From the NCBI GenBank assembly GCA_963796105.1, contig CAWCKJ010000003.1, positions 608,001-672,000 on the forward strand: a stretch of 64,000 bases of DNA, written 5' to 3'. Below, one piece after another: positions 19,248 through 33,697 of the stretch; position 1 is the stretch's first letter, and each line of letters starts with the position of its first letter. The translations under genes were made by a program, and so were the position numbers. The stretch comes from a candidate division FCPU426 bacterium. Lineage in GTDB: Bacteria; Oederibacteriota; Muellerivitia; Muellerivitales; Muellerivitaceae. The notes below the pieces were generated by a model. It saw only the letters and a program-made list of their open reading frames with translations. It ran no database searches and was not told the origin of the DNA.

Positions 19248-20543
19248 TTAAAGAATCCCCGCCCTTTTCAGGATGTAATCCACGTTCTTCAGATGGACTG
19301 AAAGATCGAAACATTTCTCCACCTCGAAAGCCTTCATCCTAGACCTGACTTCCGGATCCTGCCGGACCAGTTCCCTGAAATCCAGCTCGTTTTTCCAGGC
19401 GTTCAAGGCGTTGCGTTGCACGATGGCGTAGGCTTTCTCCCTGGTACAGCCCTTACCCACCAGGGCCAATAATACCTGTTGGGAGGAAACCAGGCCCCTC
19501 GTCAATAAAATATTTCGTTTCATCCGCTCGGGATAGACGTTCAACTTCTCGATGATTCCGATGAATTTCTCAAGCATATAGTTCAACAGGATGGTGGCGT
19601 CGGGAAGGATAATCCTTTCCGCCGAGGAATGGGTAATGTCCCTCTCGTGCCAGAGGGCCACGTTCTCCTGGGCGCTCAAGGCGTAGCCCCTCATCACGCG
19701 GGCCAACCCAGCCACACGCTCCGCCGTGAGGGGATTGCGCTTGTGTGGCATGGCGGAAGAGCCTTTTTGGCCCTCGGTGAAAAACTCCTCAGCTTCCAAC
19801 AGCTCGGTGCGTTGGAGGTTCCGGATTTCGGTGGCGAATTTTTCCAGTGAGCAGGCAATGAGGGCCAGGACCGAAAGGAAATAAGCATGCCGGTCCCTCT
19901 GGAGGGTTTGGGTGGAAATCGGGGCGGCCTGGAGGCCCAGGCTCTTGCAGACTAACCGCTCAACTCTGGGGTCGATATTGGCGAAGGTTCCCACTGCCCC
20001 GGAAATCTTGCCGACCGCGATATGCTCCCTGGCCTGTTCCAACCGTTCCACATGCCGCAGGACTTCGTTGTACCACAAGGCCATTTTAAGGCCGAAAGTC
20101 ACCGGCTCAGCGTGAACCCCGTGGGTCCGGCCGATCATGAGGGTATCGCGGTGCTCCCGGGCGCGTCTTTTCAAGACCTTCCCCAAACGGTCCAACTGGG
20201 CCAATAAAAGGTCCGTGACCCTCACCAATTGGAGGGCCTGGGCCGTATCCACCACGTCAGTGGAGGTGAGTCCTAAATGGATAAACCGGGAAGATGGGCC
20301 CACAAATTCCGCCACTGAAGTCAGGAAGGAAATAAGGTCGTGGTTTGTTTTTTTCTCGATAGCTTCGATGCGCTTGAGGGAAAAACGGGCCTTTTTCTTG
20401 ATGATAGCCAGGTCTTTGCGCGGGATCCGCCCTAAGCGGTTCCAGGCCACGCAAGCGGCGATTTCCACCTTAAGCCATGACTCGAACTTGTTTTGTTCGG
20501 ACCAAATACCGCCTATTTCAGGCAAGGTGTAACGGGATATCAA
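19248..20543 (-). CDS. purB: Adenylosuccinate lyase
   Basis: MISRYT, GRTHGVHAEP, GSSAMPHKRNP, WHERDI. Confidence 0.98.
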   Translation of the reverse strand: MISRYTLPEIGGIWSEQNKFESWLKVEIAACVAWNRLGRIPRKDLAIIKKKARFSLKRIEAIEKKTNHDLISFLTSVAEFVGPSSRFIHLGLTSTDVVDTAQALQLVRVTDLLLAQLDRLGKVLKRRAREHRDTLMIGRTHGVHAEPVTFGLKMALWYNEVLRHVERLEQAREHIAVGKISGAVGTFANIDPRVERLVCKSLGLQAAPISTQTLQRDRHAYFLSVLALIACSLEKFATEIRNLQRTELLEAEEFFTEGQKGSSAMPHKRNPLTAERVAGLARVMRGYALSAQENVALWHERDITHSSAERIILPDATILLNYMLEKFIGIIEKLNVYPERMKRNILLTRGLVSSQQVLLALVGKGCTREKAYAIVQRNALNAWKNELDFRELVRQDPEVRSRMKAFEVEKCFDLSVHLKNVDYILKRAGIL

Positions 20544-20866
20544 GAAAAACCCCTTATCTCGTTTTAAACGGCGGCTGGAGGGTAGGCGAGGGAGAGAGCG
20601 TTGAAAAGCGGGATCAGTATATAAAGACTTGGCCCTTCAACCAATAAAAAAAGCCAACACTTTTGGCCATCATCAAAATTTTAACCGTGATGGAAAATGG
20701 TTGGACAAATGTCCTCACAAAAGGAAAAAAACATCCGGCAGCAAACTTTTCGATGCCAACAGGCTGCCTTTATCCATAATTGTCGTTTATATCCATTAAA
20801 TACCCTGAATATTTTCCAACTATCTGTTTAGGATGTTCTTTTTCAATCATCCGGTTGAAAGCGGAA

Positions 20867-21925
20867 TTATTCCTGAAATCGATTCGCCTTCCAAAGAGCC
20901 ACAAAAGCCCCCAGGCAGCGCAGGGCGTCCTCCGCGACGCTGACAGAACTTCCTCCCAAACCACAAGCGGTCGAGAAAAAGGAACGGCCTGTCAACTCCC
21001 CCTTCCCTATCCCTTTTTTCGCGAGAACCTCAATAGTATCTTCCCAGCGGTTGTACAGTTGGGCGGGATCGGCGAATTGGCCCAACACCATACCGGTGGG
21101 CACCATTCCCCATACAAGGTTGCCTCCCTTCCGAAGGTATTTTTTCAGGCTTTCTGGATCCCGCGTGAGGTGATCCATAAATTGAAAAGCGTCGAAATGA
21201 AAAAACTCCGCGGAGGTCTCAAAAGCCCAAGGCCAGGGTCCCGGGCCGCAGCAATGAAGGCCCACCAGCGCCCCATCCTCCTGCAGCCTTTCGATAACGC
21301 TGGAATGCCACTCCCGGATATCTTTCCAACGGATACCGTAGTTTTTAGGTTCAAAAGCATGTCCAAGGAAAGGCTCATCGAGAAAAAGCACGACAGGCTT
21401 CCCCAATTTGGAGAGTTCTCGTAATTGCCAGCGGGCATGCAGAATGACATATTGGGCGAGCAAATCCATCGCATCCTTTGAAACCAGGACGGGCTTACCC
21501 TCGTCATCCTTCACCAGCAATCCCCAAGTCAGGGGTCCCACCATCTGTCCCTTGACCGCGAGGACATGTCCTTTTTGGAGCCGTTCGGATTCCTCCAGGA
21601 ACTTGTAAAAGCCAGAGGCCTCATCCTGTTTGAAAGCGGCCCTTTCCAGTTGTTGAATCCTATTTTCCTCAACGATCCGTTCCAAAGCCTCTTTCAACCC
21701 CACTGGCGACAAGGTCAGGAGAGGTTGTTCCGATGACCCCCAATTCAACCCCGGAAGACCCGAAAGACCTTGCAAATTCATGCGTTCCTTAGTGGATTTT
21801 TTCGGAAGTTGGGGCCAAGCCGGCACTTCGGGAAATCCCTGGATTTGGGACTTGATGGCAATATATGGATCCAGGGCCGGCAATGATCCAACCGCGATAC
21901 GGGCGCCTTCCGCTAATCCATCCAT
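20867..21925 (-). CDS. Single-domain (core) MetE-like methionine synthase family protein
   Basis: VGSLP, PAWPQLP, KGQMVGP, FLDEP, GLHCCG, WGMVPT, TACGLG (Zn-ligand pattern of the MetE C-terminal fold); no N-terminal folate-binding half. Confidence 0.7.
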   Translation of the reverse strand: MDGLAEGARIAVGSLPALDPYIAIKSQIQGFPEVPAWPQLPKKSTKERMNLQGLSGLPGLNWGSSEQPLLTLSPVGLKEALERIVEENRIQQLERAAFKQDEASGFYKFLEESERLQKGHVLAVKGQMVGPLTWGLLVKDDEGKPVLVSKDAMDLLAQYVILHARWQLRELSKLGKPVVLFLDEPFLGHAFEPKNYGIRWKDIREWHSSVIERLQEDGALVGLHCCGPGPWPWAFETSAEFFHFDAFQFMDHLTRDPESLKKYLRKGGNLVWGMVPTGMVLGQFADPAQLYNRWEDTIEVLAKKGIGKGELTGRSFFSTACGLGGSSVSVAEDALRCLGAFVALWKANRFQE

Positions 21926-22686
21926 GGATGATCCCCCCAGGGCCAATCGGCAAAATGAAAGAACTGGTGTTTGGCGGTCAAATTTAAATGAAGCGGAGTC
22001 ACGGAGATATAGCCAGCCCGGACTCTCGAAACATCCGATTCGGGATGTTCCTGGGCCGGCTCGCTGGGGCTGTCCAGGATGTAGTTGTAGTGGTCTTCCA
22101 ATTCCTCGTGCTTGCCTAGGTCCTCGATATGCCTGAATTCCCCCTGGTGGGTCAAAGCCACCCCCTTAATTGAATCCGGGGGTAATGGCGGTACATTGAC
22201 ATTCAGGAATATTCCCGGGGCCAAACCCCTATCCTGAATCCACTGGGCCAACTTCCGGGTGAATTTAGCGCAGGTCCTGAAATCCTTCGCTTGGTGGCTG
22301 GTCAAAGAAATGGCGGCCGAGGGAATTCCCAAAAGCACAGCCTCAGCTGCGGCGGCAACCGTGCCGGAATAAATGATCAAGGAACCGTAATTGGCACCCT
22401 GGTTAATCCCAGAAAGCACTAGATCCGGTTTCCAGGGTAAAAGTTTCAGGACGGCCGTGCGGACGCAATCCGCGGGAGTGCTGGATATGCGGAATGAATA
22501 ACGAACTCCAGGCCAGGGAGATTCCCGGACTTTAAAGGGAGTATTCAAGGATATGGAATGCCCCTGGGCGCTTGCCTGTTTCTCCGGGGCGGAAATGGCC
22601 ACTTCCCCGAGGGAGCGAATCTCCTCGAAAAGGGCTTTTAAACCCGGAGCCTCAATGCCATCGTCATTGGTAAGCAAAATCTTCAT
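21913..22686 (-). CDS. surE: 5'/3'-nucleotidase SurE
   Basis: MKILLTNDDG, TPADCV, SGINQGAN, YSGTVAAA; start reset to ATG 22686. Confidence 0.96.
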   Translation of the reverse strand: MKILLTNDDGIEAPGLKALFEEIRSLGEVAISAPEKQASAQGHSISLNTPFKVRESPWPGVRYSFRISSTPADCVRTAVLKLLPWKPDLVLSGINQGANYGSLIIYSGTVAAAAEAVLLGIPSAAISLTSHQAKDFRTCAKFTRKLAQWIQDRGLAPGIFLNVNVPPLPPDSIKGVALTHQGEFRHIEDLGKHEELEDHYNYILDSPSEPAQEHPESDVSRVRAGYISVTPLHLNLTAKHQFFHFADWPWGDHPWMD

Positions 22687-22807
22687 GCGGCATAGGATAA
22701 GGCCTAAGACCCGCCTCGGACAATAGCGCAGGATGAAAAAATAACCGGTATAATCTCCCGCAAGAATTAAAAGCGGATCTCTTTCGAAGTCGCGGATTAA
22801 GCCGGTT

Positions 22808-25177
22808 TTAAAAAAGATCGCCCAGATTGAAATGGAGGACGCCGCCCGGGGGCGCGGCTGAAGTTGAAAGCTGGGAATCGATGGGCCAGCCATAATCGAG
22901 GCGGATCGCCATGACGGTTCCTGGAATGGTAAGGCGAAGGCCCAACCCAGCCCCATATTGAACATGGGACTCATCCAGGTTCAAGATCGTCGTCCAAGCA
23001 TTTCCAGCGTCGAAAAACAATACACCCCGAAGAGGCCCGACTATCGGGTGTTTGAGTTCCGTGTTTGAAACAAATAATCCGTCGCCGCCCGCAACGGGCC
23101 CGACGCTCCGCTCGTTATACCCGCGGATGGTATCCGTGCCTCCGGCGAAGAATTTCTCATAGAGAGGCACGTCCGTGAATCCCCGGCCGAGAAACCAGTA
23201 GCCCTGTCCCGCGCCGACCCTAACATGCTCTCCGAGGACAAACCCCGCCACTAATGGGATAAAATGGCTAGAATCCCCAATCACCTTAATGAAGTTGGTA
23301 TCCGCGCCCAAAGGGCCTCCGGCGAATTCCAGCGACAATTGGTGCTTCCACCCGGTTGTTGGCTCAAAAACATTATCCCGATTATCAAAAACGATTCGCG
23401 GAGTGAAACTGCTGGTGGTTTGGTCAGTAGACTGGATGAATTGAGGGGTGCCGGGGATATTGTAATAAGGATCTACACCCCCGATATCCACGTTCTCAAA
23501 GAGATAAGTTCCATAAACGTTCCAGAAACGGCTTAGTTTCCGCCCCAAGCTGAGGGATGCTCCATACCGTTTTTCCGTATAAAAGTTGGTAGTGTTATCT
23601 TGGGGATTCGGCACGGCAGTGGTGTAAATCCTATCGGTATCAAAAACGTCGATTCCGAAGGATGTCCTCGTGTTAAAAAGCCAGGGTTCCGAAAATCCGA
23701 TATCAAAGCTCGTCTGGGATGCCCCGAATTGGACATTGATACTCCCATGAAGACCATGTCCCAATAGATTCGCCTCGTCGAGTTTGACCGTTCCTACCAG
23801 GCCGTCCACAGAGCTATATCCCCCGCCGACGCTGATGGTCCCGGTTTTCCTTTCCTTCACCCGGAAGACCAATATTTCCTTCCCGGGGGTGTCCCCAGGC
23901 TCGACTTCCGGATTCACCTCGTCAAAATAGCCCAAGTTGTAGAGGTTCTGGGCGGAACCCCGGATCAGGTTGGCCTCGAATTTGTCCCCGGCGTTGATCA
24001 TCAGCTCCCGCCGGATGACATAATCCGCGGTTTTGTAATTTCCGACGATTTTGACATCCTGGACATAGGCAACCTGGCCCTCAGTGATATCGAAAGTCAA
24101 ACTTACTTTCTTCAATTCCTCGTCGTAGTTCAACGTGGGCTTTACAGTTGAATAGATATACCCCTTGTCCGCGTAAAGGGTTTTCATTTTACGGGTTCCA
24201 TCATCCAGGTTGCTCTTGCGTAAAACCTCGTTTTTTTTCAATCCCAGGGCCTTGGAGAGGTCCTCATCATCGAAAAGAACATTGCCATGGAATTCCACCC
24301 CGGCCAAACTATACTTCTCACCCTCCTTGACCTTGAACGCAATGAACACCTTTCGATGGGTGGGATTCATGGTTTCCTGATGGCTTAAAACAGCGGCCTT
24401 GAGATAGCCTTCATCGTGGTAAAAATCCTCGATTTTCTTGATATCCTCGTCCAAAAGATCCGGCTTGTAATTGTCTCCAGGATGGTTATTCTTCATTTGT
24501 TCAGCGACTTTTTTCTCGCTGAAAGCCTCGGCGCCCGTCACTGTCACCTTGGCGACCTTGACCTTCCTGCCTTCCGAGATGTTAAAAGTCACTTCTGCGG
24601 TATTGGCGTCAGCATTGACCCTGCTCTTGGCTGTCACGCTTACGTTGGAATAGCCCTCATCCAGGTAAAGTTTCTTGATGGCGGCCACATCGCCGTTGAG
24701 CTTGGCCGGGTCGAATGTTTCCTTGGGCGAGCTCTTGATTTCCTGGAGAAATTTCGAGGAACCCCATTTTTTCTGGCCGATGAAAATAATTTTGCTGATC
24801 TGCGGCCTTTCCTTCACCTGGAAAGTCAATACAACTTGGCCGGGCTTGACCGCCTGGTCCACGTCCGCCTTGACGTCGGTAAAATCCCCCATATTGAACA
24901 GGTTGTGTATGTCCATACGGACCCGCCGGAGGGAGAAGATGTCCCCCTCTTTTTCGATCAAATGGCCGTAAATGAGTAGGGCGGAAACATTCTTGTTCCC
25001 GGAGACTTTAATGGAAGCGATCTTGGCCGTCAGGTCGCTTTGACCCATCAGGGGAGCCGCAGCGGAAAGCATGAAAAAGCCAAGAACCAGGGAACCCATG
25101 GCCGGAAAACTTCTTCTGGCTGGGATTGAATTCGGAATCAAAAAAACCTCCATAAATGCGTTAAATGGCTTTATCAC
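22808..25177 (-). CDS. bamA: Outer-membrane protein assembly factor BamA (true start may be somewhat downstream)
   Basis: POTRA repeats (GNYKTADYVIRREL), NLLG, FSEPWLF, GGTDTIRGY, terminal Phe. Confidence 0.93.
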   Translation of the reverse strand: MIKPFNAFMEVFLIPNSIPARRSFPAMGSLVLGFFMLSAAAPLMGQSDLTAKIASIKVSGNKNVSALLIYGHLIEKEGDIFSLRRVRMDIHNLFNMGDFTDVKADVDQAVKPGQVVLTFQVKERPQISKIIFIGQKKWGSSKFLQEIKSSPKETFDPAKLNGDVAAIKKLYLDEGYSNVSVTAKSRVNADANTAEVTFNISEGRKVKVAKVTVTGAEAFSEKKVAEQMKNNHPGDNYKPDLLDEDIKKIEDFYHDEGYLKAAVLSHQETMNPTHRKVFIAFKVKEGEKYSLAGVEFHGNVLFDDEDLSKALGLKKNEVLRKSNLDDGTRKMKTLYADKGYIYSTVKPTLNYDEELKKVSLTFDITEGQVAYVQDVKIVGNYKTADYVIRRELMINAGDKFEANLIRGSAQNLYNLGYFDEVNPEVEPGDTPGKEILVFRVKERKTGTISVGGGYSSVDGLVGTVKLDEANLLGHGLHGSINVQFGASQTSFDIGFSEPWLFNTRTSFGIDVFDTDRIYTTAVPNPQDNTTNFYTEKRYGASLSLGRKLSRFWNVYGTYLFENVDIGGVDPYYNIPGTPQFIQSTDQTTSSFTPRIVFDNRDNVFEPTTGWKHQLSLEFAGGPLGADTNFIKVIGDSSHFIPLVAGFVLGEHVRVGAGQGYWFLGRGFTDVPLYEKFFAGGTDTIRGYNERSVGPVAGGDGLFVSNTELKHPIVGPLRGVLFFDAGNAWTTILNLDESHVQYGAGLGLRLTIPGTVMAIRLDYGWPIDSQLSTSAAPPGGVLHFNLGDLF

Positions 25178-25323
25178 AACCCGGAATCGTCTATTGAAAG
25201 GCGACCAAAGGGCGGTATTCTAACATGGTCAGGGAATATCGCCAAATAATAATGGCCTCATTTTGGACGTTTCGGGAGGTTAAAACGGCTTACGGGGCTC
25301 CAATGGAGAGTCAAAAAAACAAT

Positions 25324-28300
25324 TCATTCCTCGGAGGTAGCTGATATCTTATCTTCTTTTATCTGCTCGTTGAGATTGGGGTCCTTGACGGTAATTCGGA
25401 TAGTGTAATCCTGGTCGGGACTTAAATTCCCGATGACAGCCTCATGGCGGTAATCCCAGCTGTTGTTTTCCGGTATCACAAGGCGGATCAACTGTTTATC
25501 CGAGTCCAAAACGCGGATCTCGCTTTTCGTAACTTTGTCTGTGATCCACTCCAAATGAAACTTGCCTGGGCCTATGGGATAAGCTTCAAATTTCTCGAAA
25601 TGTGGTTTTTCCTTATCCCCTTTCTTGGGCATGATAATGTCTGGCAGGTCGGTTTTATAACCCAGAAGCACACTTGTTTCCTGTTGGCCATTTTGGTTCG
25701 TTCCGACGCCTCCTGTCACAATTAATTTCGGATTGATCGCGTAATCCACGGATAATCGTCCTTCGGGAACTGCAATACCTGTATTAACATCCCGACCAAT
25801 ACCAAAATCCGTTTTCAATGTCAATTTTTTATTGAGAGGCTTGATCAATTCAACAGTTCCAACCGATTGAGTATCTCCGACGATAGTTTTTCCCGCCGAG
25901 CTCCCCAAACCCGGTACAGGAGTCAAAGCAGCAGCACCGGTTCCCCCTGGTATTGGATTGCCTTTTATTACAACATCCACGCCAAAAACATCTTGAGTCA
26001 AAGAACGGGAGATTCTAGTCAACTCATTCGTAGCAATTCGGTTAAAAGCGTCAATTAAGGCGGCATTTACAGCCTGACCATATTTTTGCTGATAATCTTG
26101 TTGTAGTTGCTGGCTGTTGTAACCGAGCCCTGTCATATCCCTCCCAAATAGAATGTAGGACAATAAAATCTTCTGTTGGACATCCTTATCGTTGGTACTG
26201 AAATGGGGATTGGAATCCAGGGTAAAGTCGACCTTCCCAAATGTACCCTTGAAGTCAACCCAGACATCCATGTCCGTTTGCCGGGTAAATCCATTGGTAG
26301 TAACGTCCACATTCAAAAGTTTGTCCACCCCTCTGCCCCTCATGTATGGCAGTTTCCCCTTGGGGATATCCAGCCAAACACTTTCAACATTGAATCGGTG
26401 GCTTAAATAACTGAGATACCCCTGACTTGCCGTCGCGGTTCCATAACAAAGTATTCCGGATTGTTGGGGGGTTTTATCCGAATCTTTCCCCTCAATTTTA
26501 AGCTTTACGTTCGGATCAACTTTAACTTCGAGATATTGGGAGTTGAAATCATTTGAATAGTAAGTCCCGGACCCAGAGACTAGGGTTAAATCGAAAACAA
26601 CGTTAGCTAGTTCCTTGTACTCGATTTTCTCACCCTTCTCATCAACAGTCTCAACGGGAGGCCAAGTGTAATGACCCGTGTCTAAAAGCGCGGTCCCGAC
26701 CACATGCACCTCTGAAAGGGGACCCTGGATGAGAAGGGGGTCTTCGGTCGAAGATCCGTAAAAGAAAATCTCCCCCCATTCACCTTTACGCATGATGTCA
26801 GGGATATTAAGGAAAAGACCATGGTCCCCTACTGTCTTGACCCTAAAATCCAGATATTGAGGAATGAAATTAACCAGCCGCATTTTGGTCTGCTCCGCGG
26901 GAGGGGAGGTAATAAAAACCCTTCCCTGGCCGATGCGGCCGTTTAAATCCTCAACAACCAATTTATTGTCGCGCACCTTGATCCGGCCGTTAATGTCTTC
27001 AATGGATTTAGCCACGAGGGTTGGAACCATCTGACATTGCTTCAAGTCCAAGTCCATGTTGAGGATCGGATCATCCAATGTCCCGCCTACATGGGCCGAG
27101 AAGTCCATCAGGCCGGAGGCCTTTTTAGCGAGGCCCGCGGCCAAGATCAGGCTGAAATCGCCCTGGGCCATCTGGGCGTTGATGTCCATCTCCTGGTTTC
27201 TCACCTTCAACCAGCTCTCATGGTTCAAAGCGAGGGGCATTTTCCCCTCGACCTGGAAGCTGTAAAGGCCTTTTCGGGTGAGTTGGATTGGACTCTCCTT
27301 ACTGCCGATAAAAAGCATGTTTTCCTTAGCCTGAACCTCACCGTCCAGCAGATCAAACGGGAGGTCTCCCGCCTTGCCGTTGGATACCGAGAGGGATCCT
27401 GTGAAAACAGGATCTGCCAGGGTACCCTCGAGTATCAAATGGTAATGCCCCGTCCCAGTGAGGGGGAACCCGGGAAACAGCCACTTCCCCACATCCTCAA
27501 TGGGAATATTCCCGGCATCCGACGTCAGATGACTTTCTCCCTTCAGGTCCAGCGTTCCATCCACCGAAAAGGTGCCAGGGGAATGAAGAAGCTGGATGTC
27601 CTTGAACTCGATTAAATCGTTCTTGGATATATCCAACTGCCCGACCAACTGGGGTTTTTCCTCCCCTAAGGGTAAAAAATCGATGATTTTATGGTGAACC
27701 CGGAGGGACAAGACAAACGGATTGGGAGTCTTCGTTCCTGTGACAGGCCCAAGAACAGAGATATTTCCTTGAAAAGTAGGCCGGTCCTCCTTTTCCTCAA
27801 GGGCCAATTTCCCGTCCAGGTGAACCCTGCTGCTTAAGTTGAAAACAGCGATCGGCACATTGGAAGCGGAGCCATCGAGACTCAGCAAAATTAGGGATGG
27901 GTCGTCAGGGTCGGGCGTTAATTTCCCATCCTCAATATTGATTTCCCCGCGCGCAAGTGTGATTTTGTTTTTCTCCAGGAAGAATTTTCCACCGCTTTCA
28001 GTGAAATGAAGTTTGGCGGAAGGAACCTGGTAGTTGTCGTAAACCAAATTTTCCCCCTCCAGGGAAAAACCGGCTAAGAGTTTTGCCCAAGTGCCGGTCA
28101 CCGAAAGATTTCCATTTACATCGCCCGCCACTTTGTGCTTATCCGAATTGAGATCCAAGAGCGAAAGAATGTTCGCGAATTTCTCATCCCGGCAAGGCCC
28201 GTTCAGATCAATTTTGCAGTCTGGATCCCAGATAGCTTTTTGTGAGGCCAGGGTGCCTGAAAGGGCGTATTTCGCCTTGTCTTTTTCCAGGGATAATTCC

Positions 28301-31103
28301 AGTGAAATCAGGGTTTTGTCCCCAGAAAAGCGGAGTACCAGCTTGTTGAACGCGTATTTTTGGGCCACGCCCTCGGTAATCAGTATGTTTCCAGTTAGCG
28401 GCAAATCGGACAATGCCCCCTTGAGGGATACTTTTCCAGCCACGGTCCCGGAAGTTTTCAGGGAAGGCGGTAGGAACTGGGTCAATTCGGGCATTTCTGA
28501 CAGGAGAGTGGGTTCGATTTTCAGGTCAGCCTGGATCTGGACCTGCTTTCCGGAAAGATCCAAGTAGGCTGATCCCGCGACGGCATTTCCCATGTGGACC
28601 CGGCCCTTCAATTGGAGGTCTTCACTGGACGCAGCCATGCTGAAATCCCTGAACTGGTAGGGCTTCTTCAAATCGCCGATGGAATAATCTTTTGCTGTGA
28701 AAGTACCATTCCAATTTTTCCAAAAAGGATCGCCTGTCTGGGCGTTCCAAGTGAAATCCCCGCTCAGGAATGGACCGTGCCCCAGTTGGAATTTTTTCGC
28801 CTGCATCTTCAAATCCATTGTTCCTGGTTCGGATTGAATATCCCAGCTCCCCGTGGCCATAAACCGATTTTTACCCTGTGAAATATTCAACTTCCTGATT
28901 TGTATTTTTCCCGGGACAGGAGCCAAAAGAGCATCAATGCGGTCCGCCCACCAATCCCCGGCTTGAAAGGAGGTCACCGTTCCCTCCCCGTCCAGAATGG
29001 GGTTCTTGCGGATCCCCCCCAAATGGAAATTGCCGGTGATGGAGCCCTTAAAGGGTTGCGGAGGGGTGGTCCAATTCACCAGATAAGCTATTGCATCAAT
29101 TGGTATTCCAACCGCCTTGATTCTCAGGTCCAGGGGGGATTCGTCCTTTAATCCGATCCGTCCCTTCACCGAAAACACACTGCCCCATTCCAGGTGGTTG
29201 AATTCCAGCTTACCGGATTCCCATGCTAAATCCCCGTTGAGGGGCTGCGATTCCTCCCCCATGGCAACTTTCTCGGATGAAAAAAGCATCTGGGCCTTCG
29301 GCTCTTTCCGAGTTCCGCTGATGAGAACATCCCAATTGACGTGGCCAGCCACGTCTGGAAATTGCTCCTTAAAAAACGGAATATCCTGGACTGATATATC
29401 CTTCCCGTGTATTTGAAGGTCAATAACCTTGTCCTCGTCCTTTGGCAATTCGCCGGACCAGCTGAGGTGACCCGTTTTCTTTCCGAGGAAAAGTTCAAGT
29501 TTATCGATTCGCCAAGAGTCGGTATTTTCAGTGAATTTGAAAGCCATTTTGGTTTTGCCATTGATGGTGGTGACAAGCTCCAATTTCCCGTCTTTTAACT
29601 GCGCTTTGCTTTGAATGTCATAACGGAAGAGGTTATTCCTCAAAAGGCGGTTTAGAACGATTGAACTCGTGCTTGAAAAAACAGGGTCCTGTAAAGTCCC
29701 CCCCACAACAATTTGGCCGTCGCCCGACAAATTCTTGATGCTGGATCCCTCCGGCAAGTCGCTTGCGTTCAGGCCGATTAAGGAGGCGGTCAAAGAAATG
29801 GGCGCGTCGGGTTTCCCGGTAAGGCCGATCACGCCACCCCCGTTAAAACGTCCTCCATACAGTGTCCCATTCAAATCCTGGATTTTGAACTCACCGTCTT
29901 GATAACCACCCTGAACATCGAGGGAATCCAACTGAATGTTTCCGACATGGGAGAGGCCGAGTTCCGCCTTCCCGGTCAAGACGGGTTTCTGGAAGGTGCC
30001 GGCGGCCTCCAGAAGAGCTTTTCCCTCTCCATCGCTTTTAATCACTTTGATCTTCAGGATATCCGTGAAAAAACTTGAAAGGAGCAAATGATCTGTCAAG
30101 GTAGTGAAAGCCAGGGGACTGTTGTCAAAAGGAATGGTTCCTTTGGCCCTCCAGGGAATCTCTCCTGTGAAAAACTTGAGTTCCTCCGGGATATTGATCC
30201 CGCTCGGACGAATCAACGCTTTTCCGTTAATGCGTGAAAAAACCACACCCATAGGCCCAGGCGCAGCGACAGTGGCATCATGAACGCTCATTTTCGCGTC
30301 ATACCACATCCCCCGGGAAAGGCGGAAAACCAGTGGGATTTCAGCGTCCAGGGTACCAGCTGTCAATTGCCAACCCGCCAAATCTTTCAAGACCATCCCG
30401 GCGGAGGCAAGAGGCCAATCCTCCAAATTTGCCCTGCCTGATACCTTGAAATCATCCAAGTGGAGGCTTCCGTTATAACGGAGAATCCCAGGGTGAGCGC
30501 TTGCCTGTGAATGGGCCGTCAAGTTGAGGGACCAGCTTTTTCCATTCTGGGAAAGCGCGTCAAAATCCACCGCTTCCAATAGGCATTGAGAGGATTTTCC
30601 AGACTGTATGAAAAAAGAACCGAGACGCACATTCACCCTGGGAGCTGGAACCATCAGCATGGGAAAGGGAACTGGAGCGGAAATGGATTGCGGCGAACCG
30701 GAAGCCGGGGATTTCGTATCAGAATGAATGAGAAAAACCTGGGGGCGGATAAAGGAAAGGCTGCGAAGACAACTTTCCAGGTCTTTTTTTCGGAAGAGGA
30801 GATTCACCAGATCAAGATTGACCGAGACTTGATCGACTAGAAGGCGAGTATTCCAGGGCGAACCATCCAGGTACATGGAAACATGGTTGAGGATGACGTC
30901 GCCGGTTAATCCTCCTCGAACTGACCCAATGTTCACGGAAGAATGGAGGCTTTTGGCCAGTTCTTTCTCCACCAGGGGGCGCAATTGAGTATCCACGATC
31001 CTGTTGAAGAGAAGAAAGAGAGATCCCAATATCCCAAAGGCAAGGCCTATACCCAGAAGCAGCCTGGATCTTCTGGGCTTCCCTTCCATGGGAATGCTAC
31101 GGG

Positions 31104-31107
<4 letters not shown>
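25324..31107 (-). CDS. Large AsmA/TamB-like beta-groove protein with an extra C-terminal FN3-like domain
   Basis: N-terminal TM anchor, repeated GTxxxP beta motifs over ~1800 aa, adjacent to bamA; last ~90 aa have an FN3-like pattern. Confidence 0.8.
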
Positions 31108-33554
<2,447 letters not shown>

Positions 33555-33697
33555 GTAAATCTCCTTAAAATTCTTTACCAGACAACTATCGAAGCACGCG
33601 GGAAAAGTCGCGTAAAATTAAGTAAAAACGGATTCTCGCCCTTCCTTCAAACCAATGCCGGCAAATACTGCCCAGCCTCTCTTAATTGCATTTGGGT

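Noticed and set aside
21913..22974. N-terminally extended SurE, and similar extensions of PurL, McsA and PurN in the ORF track
   Set aside because: The extensions overlap neighbouring genes or repeats, and family-typical starts lie downstream.
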